A program made the translations under genes and the position numbers. The notes below the pieces were generated by a model that saw nothing but the letters and a program-made list of their open reading frames with translations, did not search any database and had not been told where the DNA came from. 64,000 bases of DNA, from contig JACQBW010000008.1 in the NCBI GenBank assembly GCA_016194305.1, forward strand, positions 21,684 to 85,683, written 5' to 3'. Shown piece by piece: positions 1-8,733 of this stretch (positions are counted from its first letter, which is position 1; each line of letters starts with the position of its first letter). Source of the stretch: Nitrospirota bacterium. GTDB lineage: Bacteria; Nitrospirota; Nitrospiria; JACQBW01.

Positions 1-3000
1 TGGTTGAAACCACCCAATCCGGTTACTGGGACACTTACACCACTTTTAAGACCGATCTTTCCAGTCGCCCCCAGGGAGCAATCGACGTGACCCAAAATCT
101 TTTTCTCTTTCCAAATGCCCTTCTTGCCCAGGTTCTGAGCCAGACACATTACGGGACCCAAACCGCCGGCAACGGCATTTTGGTTGGAGGAGCCCGGGAT
201 ACCGATGATACCTTTCGGATTAACCCCAAGATAAAACTCACAAACGACCAGGGAAATGATCTGACTTTTAACGGATCAAAATCTCGTATCTATTTCCACG
301 GAAGCTATCCCAATCCTGACCCGTTCGACGCAAATGTAAATCCGTCTCTCCCGGCCTATTTCTATTTTGATCAGTCAGGGGATGTTCTTTATTATGATGT
401 TTTTGGTGTTCTCCATTCTTACAACTTAACGTCTGGCAAAACATGCGCGAATAACAGCAACAACTGTCCACCCTCGGATTTCGGAACGCTTGATGGAAAA
501 TATATTGCACTCGATCTCCCCACCGGGAAGATTCATCTTTCGGCGACCACCATTGATCAAACCAACGCCGGGTTTGACCTGTTGGCCGGAGAGGGAACCG
601 CCGGTATTTTGGCCAATTCGGTCACCTTGCAGGATGTGACGATGAATAAGATGGGCCTGGGTAAAATAGATCATTACCTTGATTTCGCAGGAAGCGTCAC
701 CCGTTCGGACGGGGTGACTCCGGTCGGATTTGCGACGATTTTTGCGCTGGGGAATCTCTCTTCCCTGACGACGGTAGATGCCGTGGGGAGTTTCTATATT
801 CCGGAGGCGTCATTCCAATTTCTTGATCAAGCTACGTATACGCTGAAGGTGAGCAATCCCCCTTCCTATGTCGATACCTATCAGGAAGAAAAAGTCGACC
901 AGACCTATCATTATCTGACGATTTATCCGCTGACGGTTTTAAATCTTTATTTAAGCGCAGCGGGGCTATCGACGTCGCTCGATACCACGAAAGGCGTTTT
1001 GACCGGATTGATTTTCGATAATTTGTCGGGCAGGGGTACCGACGGGATTACTCTGCAGGCAACGGATCTGGCAGGAAACAGCGTTGGCGATATTCGATAT
1101 TTTGATTCGGCAGGTCTTCCGACACGCACCTCCTCTTCATCCAGAAACGGAGGATATATCATCTTCAATCTCCCCCCCGGTCTGGTTCAGATACGGGCGG
1201 TTTCGCAAGATGATTCGGGGAATATTCTAGCCTATGCTTACGCCAATGGTGTGACCATTTCAGATCTCCATGTCAATAACGGTCCCATCCCTTCCGTTCA
1301 GATTTCAGGATCGACCACCGATTTGAATGGTGCTCCGGGAAGCCAGGTATTGCTTTCTACAGTGGGCGAAAAGGTTCAATTTTCCTCTGACGGAGCGGGC
1401 TTTTTCTCATACCCCTTTTCCCCCTTTAGTCAGTTTACGGTGAAGGCGAAATCACCGGGTGGTATGGATACCTACAATCTTTTTCAGACCGACACGAGCG
1501 ATATCAGCGGATTGAATTTGAAAGCGATTACGACCGGCGCACTGGTAAGCGAAGCCGCTAATGCGGGTCTGGTACCTGATTACTCTTCCCTTGGCGTGAT
1601 CGGAGGAAAGGTCACCACGTCAGGATTTACATCAGCGGTAACCCTGCCAGGAATCACCTTTTCGGCCATGTCCACGATTACGAATGCACCGCATAAACTC
1701 TCGGCAGGCCTCTTTAATCAGGATAACGAGCCTGATCTTGCGCTGGTGAACTGGATCGACGGCACATTGTCGGTATTTCTGGGGGGAGGGGACGGTACTT
1801 TTAGAATGTCAACAGGTTCTCCCCTCTGCATGCCGTACGGGTTGGTATTGGCACCGGGGCAGAGCTGTCAATACACGGCGGAACCGGTCTCAGTCCGGGT
1901 CAGAGACATCGATGGAGATGGGATACCTGATTTGATCGTGGCTAATTATGGGATGGATTCAATTTCCGTCCTTCTGGGTACCCGGGAGGGGAATTTTCAT
2001 CTGGCTCCGAGTTTTCTTCCCAATTTTAGAAATCCCATTCCGCTCCTTTCCGGCTCCAGGCCGATAGACATTTCCGTGGGAGATTTTAATAATGACGGTT
2101 TTCTCGACCTGGCGGTTGCCAATTCGGGAAACAACACCTATTCCGTAATACTTGGACAAGGGAATGGTCTCTTCAGCAGCCAGGTCTATAATTTTTCAAG
2201 CGGTGGAACCAGCCCGTCAGCGATACTTAATGCGGATTTCAATGGAGACGGAAATCTGGATCTCGCCGTGGTCAACAAGCTTGGTCCAAACGGAAGTACT
2301 TCCGGCGCGGTATCCGTCTTCTTTGGTTACGGGACCGGAGCCTTTGCTCAGTCGCCGGCGAGTCCCCTTTTCGTGGGTAACGTTCCGGTCGGAATTGTTG
2401 CAACCGATCTCAACGGAGATGGATTGCCCGACCTGGTTGTGATCAACAATGCTTCAAGTTCGATTTCAGTGATGCTGGGCAAGGGAGGAGGCCTTTTTTC
2501 GAAAGATCTGTGTCAGATAGCGCCGATTCCTTCCTTTTGCACTCTTGCAGGAGCACCTGAGGCCATTTCGATTCAGGATATTAATTTTGATGGACGAAAT
2601 GATCTTATTACCTCTTCTGGCCTGAATGCAGGTGAGATTTCCGTATTGACCGGTGTGGGAGATGGCACCTTTGCAAAAGAGGTCCGATACGCACTTCCAG
2701 GAAATCCGGCCAACCTTGTATTTGCCGATTTTAACAATGATACTTTTTTGGATGTTGTAGCCCTGCAGTCCGCTACCGGAACACTTGCGTACCTGCCGGG
2801 AATCGAAGTTCCGGTACCTCAGGTAAAGATCGAGGCGGCCGATCTCGATGGCAACAGCGTTGGCCAGGTGCGTTATTATCAAAACGGAACTCTGATGCCT
2901 TCGACCACCAACACCATGACGGATACTTCCGGAAGATTCCTGATTTTAAATCTTCCCCCGGGTTTGAAAAATATTCATGCGACGGAGGGAGCTGCAGGCA

Positions 3001-3266
3001 ATCGATTTATGACCTCCTACAAGGCAGGCGGAACCTTTGGAAACATTCCGGTCATTCCGCCTGATTTTGGCAAAATACAATATTCCGGAAAAACGGTCGA
3101 TCCGGTCGGAGACCAGATATTTAGAAACGTGGAAGGGGTCAACATATTTGGATTGGGAACGGGAAATTTCCTTACTTCAGATTCAGGGTCCGGTGCTTTT
3201 AGCTTTAACAAAAATGGTAATAAATTTGACGCTAATAGTTTTCTCTTCTTTAAACTTCAGAAATAG
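1..3266 (+). CDS. Large secreted FG-GAP/VCBS-repeat protein with carboxypeptidase-regulatory-like domains; 5' partial (frame open to window start, ORF track start at GTG 87)
   Basis: Repeated D-x-N/D-x-D-G-x-x-D-L Ca-binding FG-GAP-like motifs (DFNNDGFLDLAVAN, DIDGDGIPDLIVANYG, DFNGDGNLDLAVVN, DLNGDGLPDLVVINN). Two CarboxypepD_reg-like segments (DLAGNSVGDIRYF..., DLDGNSVGQVRYY...). No in-frame stop between position 3 and 87. Confidence 0.6.
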   Translation, partial: VETTQSGYWDTYTTFKTDLSSRPQGAIDVTQNLFLFPNALLAQVLSQTHYGTQTAGNGILVGGARDTDDTFRINPKIKLTNDQGNDLTFNGSKSRIYFHGSYPNPDPFDANVNPSLPAYFYFDQSGDVLYYDVFGVLHSYNLTSGKTCANNSNNCPPSDFGTLDGKYIALDLPTGKIHLSATTIDQTNAGFDLLAGEGTAGILANSVTLQDVTMNKMGLGKIDHYLDFAGSVTRSDGVTPVGFATIFALGNLSSLTTVDAVGSFYIPEASFQFLDQATYTLKVSNPPSYVDTYQEEKVDQTYHYLTIYPLTVLNLYLSAAGLSTSLDTTKGVLTGLIFDNLSGRGTDGITLQATDLAGNSVGDIRYFDSAGLPTRTSSSSRNGGYIIFNLPPGLVQIRAVSQDDSGNILAYAYANGVTISDLHVNNGPIPSVQISGSTTDLNGAPGSQVLLSTVGEKVQFSSDGAGFFSYPFSPFSQFTVKAKSPGGMDTYNLFQTDTSDISGLNLKAITTGALVSEAANAGLVPDYSSLGVIGGKVTTSGFTSAVTLPGITFSAMSTITNAPHKLSAGLFNQDNEPDLALVNWIDGTLSVFLGGGDGTFRMSTGSPLCMPYGLVLAPGQSCQYTAEPVSVRVRDIDGDGIPDLIVANYGMDSISVLLGTREGNFHLAPSFLPNFRNPIPLLSGSRPIDISVGDFNNDGFLDLAVANSGNNTYSVILGQGNGLFSSQVYNFSSGGTSPSAILNADFNGDGNLDLAVVNKLGPNGSTSGAVSVFFGYGTGAFAQSPASPLFVGNVPVGIVATDLNGDGLPDLVVINNASSSISVMLGKGGGLFSKDLCQIAPIPSFCTLAGAPEAISIQDINFDGRNDLITSSGLNAGEISVLTGVGDGTFAKEVRYALPGNPANLVFADFNNDTFLDVVALQSATGTLAYLPGIEVPVPQVKIEAADLDGNSVGQVRYYQNGTLMPSTTNTMTDTSGRFLILNLPPGLKNIHATEGAAGNRFMTSYKAGGTFGNIPVIPPDFGKIQYSGKTVDPVGDQIFRNVEGVNIFGLGTGNFLTSDSGSGAFSFNKNGNKFDANSFLFFKLQK

Positions 3267-3268
3267 GC

Positions 3269-4816
3269 ATGTCGAAACGAGATGAAAGTCAAAAAATGAG
3301 TCATCCATTTCAGAATCGTGCCGATTTTGCGCTTCTACTCTTGACAGTTTTTCTCTGTGGTATGATCGTTCTGGTTCTTGAAGTGCTCGGTTCCCGCGTG
3401 CTAGGTCCCTATTTCGGCATCTCTCTTTTTATTTGGACTTCGCTCATTACGATCACCCTGATCTCGCTTTCACTCGGCTATACAGCGGGAGGTTTTCTCT
3501 CGGACCGGTATCAGAGCCGCGATCTCTTTTATTCGCTGATCCTGGGTGCCGGTTTGTCGATCATGTTTATCCCCATGATTCAAAAACCGGTTTCGCTTGC
3601 CATGACCTCTCTCGGACCGAGGCTGGGCTGTCTTGCAACTGCGTTTGTTCTTTTTACCCTCCCGCTCACGCTGCTCGGAATGGTTGCCCCTTTTTCACTC
3701 AAACTCTCCCTGAACGAGCTCCGCCGTGCCGGCAAGATTTCAGGCAATCTCTATGCGTTATCCACTCTTGGTGGCATTCTTGGCACGCTTCTGGTTGGAT
3801 TCTGGATGATTCCGAATCTCGGATTAAAAAATATCTTTTTGATGACTTCCATTCTTTTGTCCGTTCTTTCAGGAAGTTATTTTCTCATGAAAAAAAAATG
3901 GGTTCTATCTTGCCTCTCCCTTTTACTGATTGGAACCAACCTTGCGATGATAGTTTATCCATCAGATGGATCGCTCCATTCGGAAATTATTTACAAATCT
4001 CAAAGCTACTACGGAGAGTTGAAAGTCCTGCGGAAAGAAGCACTCCACATGCTGATGGTTGACGGCGCTATTCAAACCGCCTATCAGTACGAGACCCGTC
4101 AGTCAAAAGCACCCTACACCCGGTTGATCGAAGAGATTATCCAGACTGACCGGAATAAATCGGAACGAAAGAGTTTTCACGGGGCAGTCATCGGTCTGGG
4201 CGGCGGAATTATTCCGGAGGCAGAATATAAAATGGGGGACGCGGTCGATATTGTTGAGATTGACCCGAGAATCCCCGAAGTGGCTCAAGCTTATTTTCAG
4301 TTTCATCCTGAACGTTTTCGCCTGGTTCTTGAAGATGCCCGACATTTCTTGAATGAAAATAGGGAGAAATATCACTATCTCGTTCTCGATGTCTTCGCCG
4401 GGGAATCTTCTCCCTTCTATCTTTTAAGCCGGGAATGCTTTGAACAGATTAAAAGGAGCCTGACGGAAGATGGTATCCTGGTTATCAATTCGATCGGACT
4501 CTTTTCCGGAGAGGGCTCGGATTTCACCGCTTCGATCAATAGGACACTCCATCATACTTTCCCTCACCAGGCTTTATTTACCACTTCATTGAAAGACAAT
4601 TTTTCCAATTATATTTTTGTGGCGTCCACGAAGCCGCTTGAATATCTAACCTCCGACTCGGAAATCCTGAATCGGCAGGAGCTCCATCTGACTGACCGGA
4701 CGGGAATTCTCTTGACGGATAACTATAATCCTGCAGATTATCTTGAGCAAGAAACTGCGCTTCGATGGCGCATCGCCATATGGAATTCGACCTCCGCAGG
4801 AATCCTCCTCGATTGA
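3269..4816 (+). CDS. Polyamine aminopropyltransferase (spermidine synthase)-like domain fused to an N-terminal polytopic membrane domain
   Basis: About 230 aa of hydrophobic TM helices followed by VIGLGGGIIPE...VDIVEIDPRIPEVAQ...LVLDVF (SpeE-like AdoMet-dependent fold motifs). Confidence 0.6.
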   Translation: MSKRDESQKMSHPFQNRADFALLLLTVFLCGMIVLVLEVLGSRVLGPYFGISLFIWTSLITITLISLSLGYTAGGFLSDRYQSRDLFYSLILGAGLSIMFIPMIQKPVSLAMTSLGPRLGCLATAFVLFTLPLTLLGMVAPFSLKLSLNELRRAGKISGNLYALSTLGGILGTLLVGFWMIPNLGLKNIFLMTSILLSVLSGSYFLMKKKWVLSCLSLLLIGTNLAMIVYPSDGSLHSEIIYKSQSYYGELKVLRKEALHMLMVDGAIQTAYQYETRQSKAPYTRLIEEIIQTDRNKSERKSFHGAVIGLGGGIIPEAEYKMGDAVDIVEIDPRIPEVAQAYFQFHPERFRLVLEDARHFLNENREKYHYLVLDVFAGESSPFYLLSRECFEQIKRSLTEDGILVINSIGLFSGEGSDFTASINRTLHHTFPHQALFTTSLKDNFSNYIFVASTKPLEYLTSDSEILNRQELHLTDRTGILLTDNYNPADYLEQETALRWRIAIWNSTSAGILLD

Positions 4817-4868
4817 GAAAAATGTCCGGAAAGAAAGTCCGATTTCCCGGATCTAACAGTGATCGACC

Positions 4869-5585
4869 ATGTCTAAACTAAACCACCCTCTTAAAGTAAT
4901 TTTTTTCGATGCGGCTGAGACCCTTTTTAAAACCAGAGGATCGGTGGGAGAACTCTATCTGAACGCTGCGCGAAAACATGGCTCCACTGCGACAAAAAGG
5001 GAGATTGATGACGCATTTTTTAAGGTGTTTAAAAAAGAACCTCCCCCGGTAATCTCGTCGACCGTATCATCCAATGAAAGAGTGACACTCGAAAAAGCCT
5101 GGTGGTACAGCGTGGTGAAGTCGGTCTTTACCGAGGTGGGGATGATTCCTTCGTTCGAAGATTATTTCCAGGAGGTTTATGCCATTTTTAAGGGGAGCCA
5201 GGGATGGGAATTATTTCCCGAAACATTTGAGGTATTAACCGAAATTAAAAAAAGAGGATATCGGACCGGGATGATTACCAATTTTGATACCCGGGTCTAC
5301 GACGTAAACCGGGCTTTGGGAATCGACGGGCTGATCGACAGTTTGACACTTTCGACAGAGGCAGGAGCTCCCAAACCAGACCCGAAGATATTCAAGAAGG
5401 CGCTCGAACACCATAGGATAGAGCCCGCGAAGGCGCTTCATGTGGGAGATTCGATGTCTGATGATGTCCGGGGAGCACAAAATGCGGGACTCCAGGCGGT
5501 CTTGATCGACCGGCATCGCCTCTATAAACAGGAAAGTGATTATGTTAGAATTGAATCGCTAACAGAACTCCTTGAAATATTATGA
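4869..5585 (+). CDS. HAD-superfamily hydrolase (subfamily IA-like)
   Basis: N-terminal VIFFDAAETLF (motif I-like) and C-terminal HVGDSMSDDVRGAQNAGLQAVLI (motifs III/IV). Confidence 0.55.
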   Translation: MSKLNHPLKVIFFDAAETLFKTRGSVGELYLNAARKHGSTATKREIDDAFFKVFKKEPPPVISSTVSSNERVTLEKAWWYSVVKSVFTEVGMIPSFEDYFQEVYAIFKGSQGWELFPETFEVLTEIKKRGYRTGMITNFDTRVYDVNRALGIDGLIDSLTLSTEAGAPKPDPKIFKKALEHHRIEPAKALHVGDSMSDDVRGAQNAGLQAVLIDRHRLYKQESDYVRIESLTELLEIL

Positions 5586-5680
5586 AACCCTGTTGAATTG
5601 TTAAATCGTGGAATTGGGAAACCTGGAATAATTTCCAATGAAACAACTCAACAATTATACAATTCAACACGTCCAAAACC

Positions 5681-6217
5681 ATGATGATTCGATACCGGGG
5701 CATTCTCCCCAAACTTCCTTCGTCAGTCTTTGTGGCAACTGGTGCGATCATCATCGGAGATGTCGAACTCGGCGAAAACGCCTCCGTCTGGTTCAACACG
5801 GTGATCCGGGCGGATGTCCATTACATCCGAATTGGTGCCAACACGAACATACAGGATCTTTCGATGCTCCACGTCACCCGCAAGACGCATCCGCTGGTGG
5901 TTGGGAACGATGTAACCATAGGCCATCGTGTTATTCTCCATGGCTGTACGGTTGGGAATCTCTGTCTCATCGGAATGGGTGCAATCATTATGGATGGCGC
6001 GGTCATCGAAGAGGGAGCGCTGATCGGAGCAGGTTCGATCGTCTCTGAAGGGTGTGTTATTCCAGCTGGAATGCTTGCTTTTGGTGTCCCGGCTAAACCG
6101 AAGCGTCCGCTTACCTCTGAGGAAAGCCTGTTTTTAAAACTTTCAGCAAAGCATTACGTGGAAGATGCAAAAATATATCTCAAGATGAATCTGAAATCTG
6201 GAAATAACGAAGGTTAG
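5681..6217 (+). CDS. Gamma-carbonic-anhydrase-family hexapeptide-repeat protein (YrdA/PaaY-like)
   Basis: Left-handed beta-helix hexapeptide repeats with conserved His residues (VWFNTVIRADVHYIRIGANTNIQD...VILHGCTVG). Confidence 0.7.
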   Translation: MMIRYRGILPKLPSSVFVATGAIIIGDVELGENASVWFNTVIRADVHYIRIGANTNIQDLSMLHVTRKTHPLVVGNDVTIGHRVILHGCTVGNLCLIGMGAIIMDGAVIEEGALIGAGSIVSEGCVIPAGMLAFGVPAKPKRPLTSEESLFLKLSAKHYVEDAKIYLKMNLKSGNNEG

Positions 6218-6221
6218 GCCG

Positions 6222-7127
6222 GTGCCGGCAAAAAGAAAACACGATGAATATTTTGAGCTTTCAATGGAGATAGCGCCTTCATTGCAAGAGAGCTTTTCGT
6301 CGTTACTAATTGAAATGGGTGCCGGCGGGACCTGGATCGACGGTGCGAAGGTCAAAGCATACTTTGATCCCTCGACATCAACATCCGAAGAGATTTCAGA
6401 GAAACTCTCCTCATTTTGTGATCGATTTCAAGAAGTCGGAATTCAGATTCCTCATCATTTGGTTGATATCCAAAAGAAAATCCAAAAAGACTGGAATCAG
6501 GAATGGAAAAAGTTTTTTAAGCCGGTTCAAATCAGCCGCCGATTGACGGTCTCTCCGCCATGGGAAGAATGTGAGGTAAGCAGTCAAGAGGAGCGAGTAA
6601 TCTGGATCGAACCCGGTCTTGGATTCGGAACGGGAACGCATCCCACGACTAGAAATTGCCTCGTTATTCTTGATCAAATTCTGTCCAGGATTTCTGATCC
6701 GGCACGATGTAAAGTCCTTGATTTGGGATCCGGATCTGGAATTCTTGCCATTGCTGCAGCAAAACTCGGAGCGGGAGAAATCCTTGCGGCTGAAACAGAC
6801 GGCGATGCGCTGGAGTCCATGCGGCATAACCTCATGATCAACAAGGTGGCGGGTCAGGTTAAACTTCGTCTTGGTTCGATCTTTCAAGCCGACCGGAACA
6901 GTTACCATTTGGTCATGGCGAATATTACCGCGGAAGACCTGATTCGCGTCAGCCGAGATCTGGCTGGAGCGATTCAGCCGGGGGGGAACGCGATTCTTTC
7001 CGGCATCCTCGTCGATAAAAAAGCCGCCGTTGATTCGACCTTTTCGAATCTAAACTTGCGGAAGCTGAATGAAATGATCGAGAACAACTGGGTGACGCAA
7101 ATCTGGGTAAAAGCAGAAAGGAATTAG
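6222..7127 (+). CDS. prmA: Ribosomal protein L11 methyltransferase
   Basis: WIEPGLGFGTGTHPTT...VLDLGSGSGILAIAAAKLGA motifs, collinear with E. coli PrmA. GTG start. Confidence 0.8.
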   Translation: MPAKRKHDEYFELSMEIAPSLQESFSSLLIEMGAGGTWIDGAKVKAYFDPSTSTSEEISEKLSSFCDRFQEVGIQIPHHLVDIQKKIQKDWNQEWKKFFKPVQISRRLTVSPPWEECEVSSQEERVIWIEPGLGFGTGTHPTTRNCLVILDQILSRISDPARCKVLDLGSGSGILAIAAAKLGAGEILAAETDGDALESMRHNLMINKVAGQVKLRLGSIFQADRNSYHLVMANITAEDLIRVSRDLAGAIQPGGNAILSGILVDKKAAVDSTFSNLNLRKLNEMIENNWVTQIWVKAERN

Positions 7128-7283
7128 TCGATACTGGATACTCGTGCTAACCCGAGTGGTAATCCATTCTCTCCAACGCCGATGAATTTATCCCCAATCT
7201 CCGTGTTCACATTTTTGTGGGATCGGCAAAATTCATCGAAGTTTTCGTTCACGGAATACCACTCGGTTTAGCCAACGAAAGTA

Positions 7284-7392
7284 CCCGGCGATCTTCGAAA
7301 GGAGACTCGGCGAATTTCGATTATGCCACATTGAATTGTTTAATAAAGATGAGCATGAAATTCGGCGCCGTCGAAGAGAGAAGATTGCCGGG
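7284..7392. repeat. Structured intergenic element, copy A (conserved ~85-nt core enclosed by a ~13-bp closing stem), 74 nt upstream of purE
   Basis: Core gagactcggcgaatttcgattatgccacat...aaagatgagcatgaaattcggcgccgtcgaag is ~85% identical to copy B. Closing stem cccggcgatcttc/gaagattgccggg. The translated frame is not conserved between copies. Confidence 0.5.
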
Positions 7393-7465
7393 TGCTTGAG
7401 TTAACTGCGAAATCGACCATTTCGTCCGGAATTGACACAAAGATTTAAGATTAGGAGAAAAAAAG

Positions 7466-7984
7466 ATGTCAAAAGGAAAACCGCATGTTTCGATATTGAT
7501 GGGAAGCCCCAATGACCTGCCGATTATGGAGGAGGCGGGAAAAATTCTGGAACATTTTGGCGTAGCTTATGAGATGACCGTTACTTCGGCTCACCGTTCT
7601 CCCGAACGGACCCATCAGATCATCAAATCGGCTCCCGAAAAGGGAGTCGAACTTTTTATTGTGGGAGCAGGAGGAGCCGCTCACCTGGCCGGTGTGGTTG
7701 CCTCATTAACGATTCTTCCGGTCATCGGAGTGCCGATCGATTCCTCTTCGTTGCAGGGCATGGACTCTCTCCTTGCCACGGTTCAGATGCCGGGTGGAGT
7801 TCCTGTGGCGACGATGGCAATCGGAAAGGCCGGAGCGAAAAACGGTGGGATCCTTGCCGTTCAGATCCTCGCCAAGAAGAACCCTGAATTGGACAAGAAG
7901 CTTTTTCAATACAAAGAAGATATGGCCAAAGAGGTAGAAGCCAAATCGAAAGCCCTGTATGCCGGTAGAAATATTAAAACTTGA
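7466..7984 (+). CDS. purE: N5-carboxyaminoimidazole ribonucleotide mutase
   Basis: VSILMGSPNDLP...SAHRSPE...FIVGAGGAAHLAGVVAS...PVIGVPI. RBS aggag upstream. Confidence 0.85.
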   Translation: MSKGKPHVSILMGSPNDLPIMEEAGKILEHFGVAYEMTVTSAHRSPERTHQIIKSAPEKGVELFIVGAGGAAHLAGVVASLTILPVIGVPIDSSSLQGMDSLLATVQMPGGVPVATMAIGKAGAKNGGILAVQILAKKNPELDKKLFQYKEDMAKEVEAKSKALYAGRNIKT

Positions 7985-8567
7985 TCCGGCACATGCCGAC
8001 TCATCTCTCAAAGAGGCTGCGACGCTGATTTCTCAAGGGAAGGTCATTATCTATCCGACCGATACGCTATATGGAATTGGTGCAGCGATAGGCAATGAAG
8101 CGGCAGTAAGCAAGGTTTTTCAGATCAAGAAACGAGAGTTCGACAAACCGATTCTGATCTTGATTGAGAAGCCTGTCGATTTGGAGCCGCTGGTCATGGA
8201 TATTTCTTCAAAAGCCCTGGAATTGATGGCCCGCTATTGGCCAGGCCCGTTGACCCTGGTATTTAAAGCGTCGGAGAAGGTCTCTTCTCTTTTGACGGGA
8301 AATTCAGGCAATATCGGAATCCGGTGTTCCGCCTCGGGTACGGTCCAACGTCTCCTGGCGCTCACCCGGTCTCCCCTGACCGCTACCAGCGCCAATCTTT
8401 CAGACGAAACTCCTGTAACCAGCGCCGCAGAGGCCGGGCGGATATTTGGCGATCAGGTCGATCTCATTCTCGACGCTGGCCCTCTCGTCTCCGAACCTTC
8501 AACAATTATCGATGTGACCGGCGAAAAACCGAGACTCATCCGCCAGGGAAAATTGTTTCTGGAATAG
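7959..8567 (+). CDS. tsaC: L-threonylcarbamoyladenylate synthase (TsaC/YrdC/Sua5 family)
   Basis: IYPTDTLYGIGA...WPGPLTLV...TATSANLS motifs. Overlaps the purE 3' end. Confidence 0.75.
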   Translation: MPVEILKLDPAHADSSLKEAATLISQGKVIIYPTDTLYGIGAAIGNEAAVSKVFQIKKREFDKPILILIEKPVDLEPLVMDISSKALELMARYWPGPLTLVFKASEKVSSLLTGNSGNIGIRCSASGTVQRLLALTRSPLTATSANLSDETPVTSAAEAGRIFGDQVDLILDAGPLVSEPSTIIDVTGEKPRLIRQGKLFLE

Positions 8568-8577
8568 TTTAGGTTTT

Positions 8578-8706
8578 AAAATCAAATAGGGGGATAATCT
8601 GAATAGAGACTCGGCGAAATTCGTTTATGCCACATCCAAATGACTTATAAAGATGAGCATGAATTTCGGCCCCGTCGGAGGGAAGATCTTTCCCCTATTT
8701 GATTTT
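8578..8706. repeat. Structured intergenic element, copy B (same core as copy A; different 15-bp perfect closing stem followed by a T-rich tract), 11 nt after tsaC and 28 nt before the kinase gene
   Basis: Closing stem aaaatcaaatagggg/cccctatttgatttt. The internal helix gaaattc/gaatttc is swapped relative to copy A (gaatttc/gaaattc), a compensatory change. Confidence 0.5.
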
Positions 8707-8733
8707 ATTCATTTCACTTTTTAAGGTGTCTAT

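Noticed and set aside
3433-4062. 209-aa ORF in an alternative frame within the spermidine-synthase-like gene, and similar internal ORFs (for example 5638..6048 and 8324..8572)
   Set aside because: Fully embedded in longer ORFs with clear domain homology. Their composition is typical of off-frame GC-rich readthrough.
7217-7399. 60-aa ORF covering repeat copy A
   Set aside because: The homologous frame in copy B is interrupted by a stop after 12 codons, and nucleotide conservation follows helix pairing rather than codon positions, so the element is non-coding.
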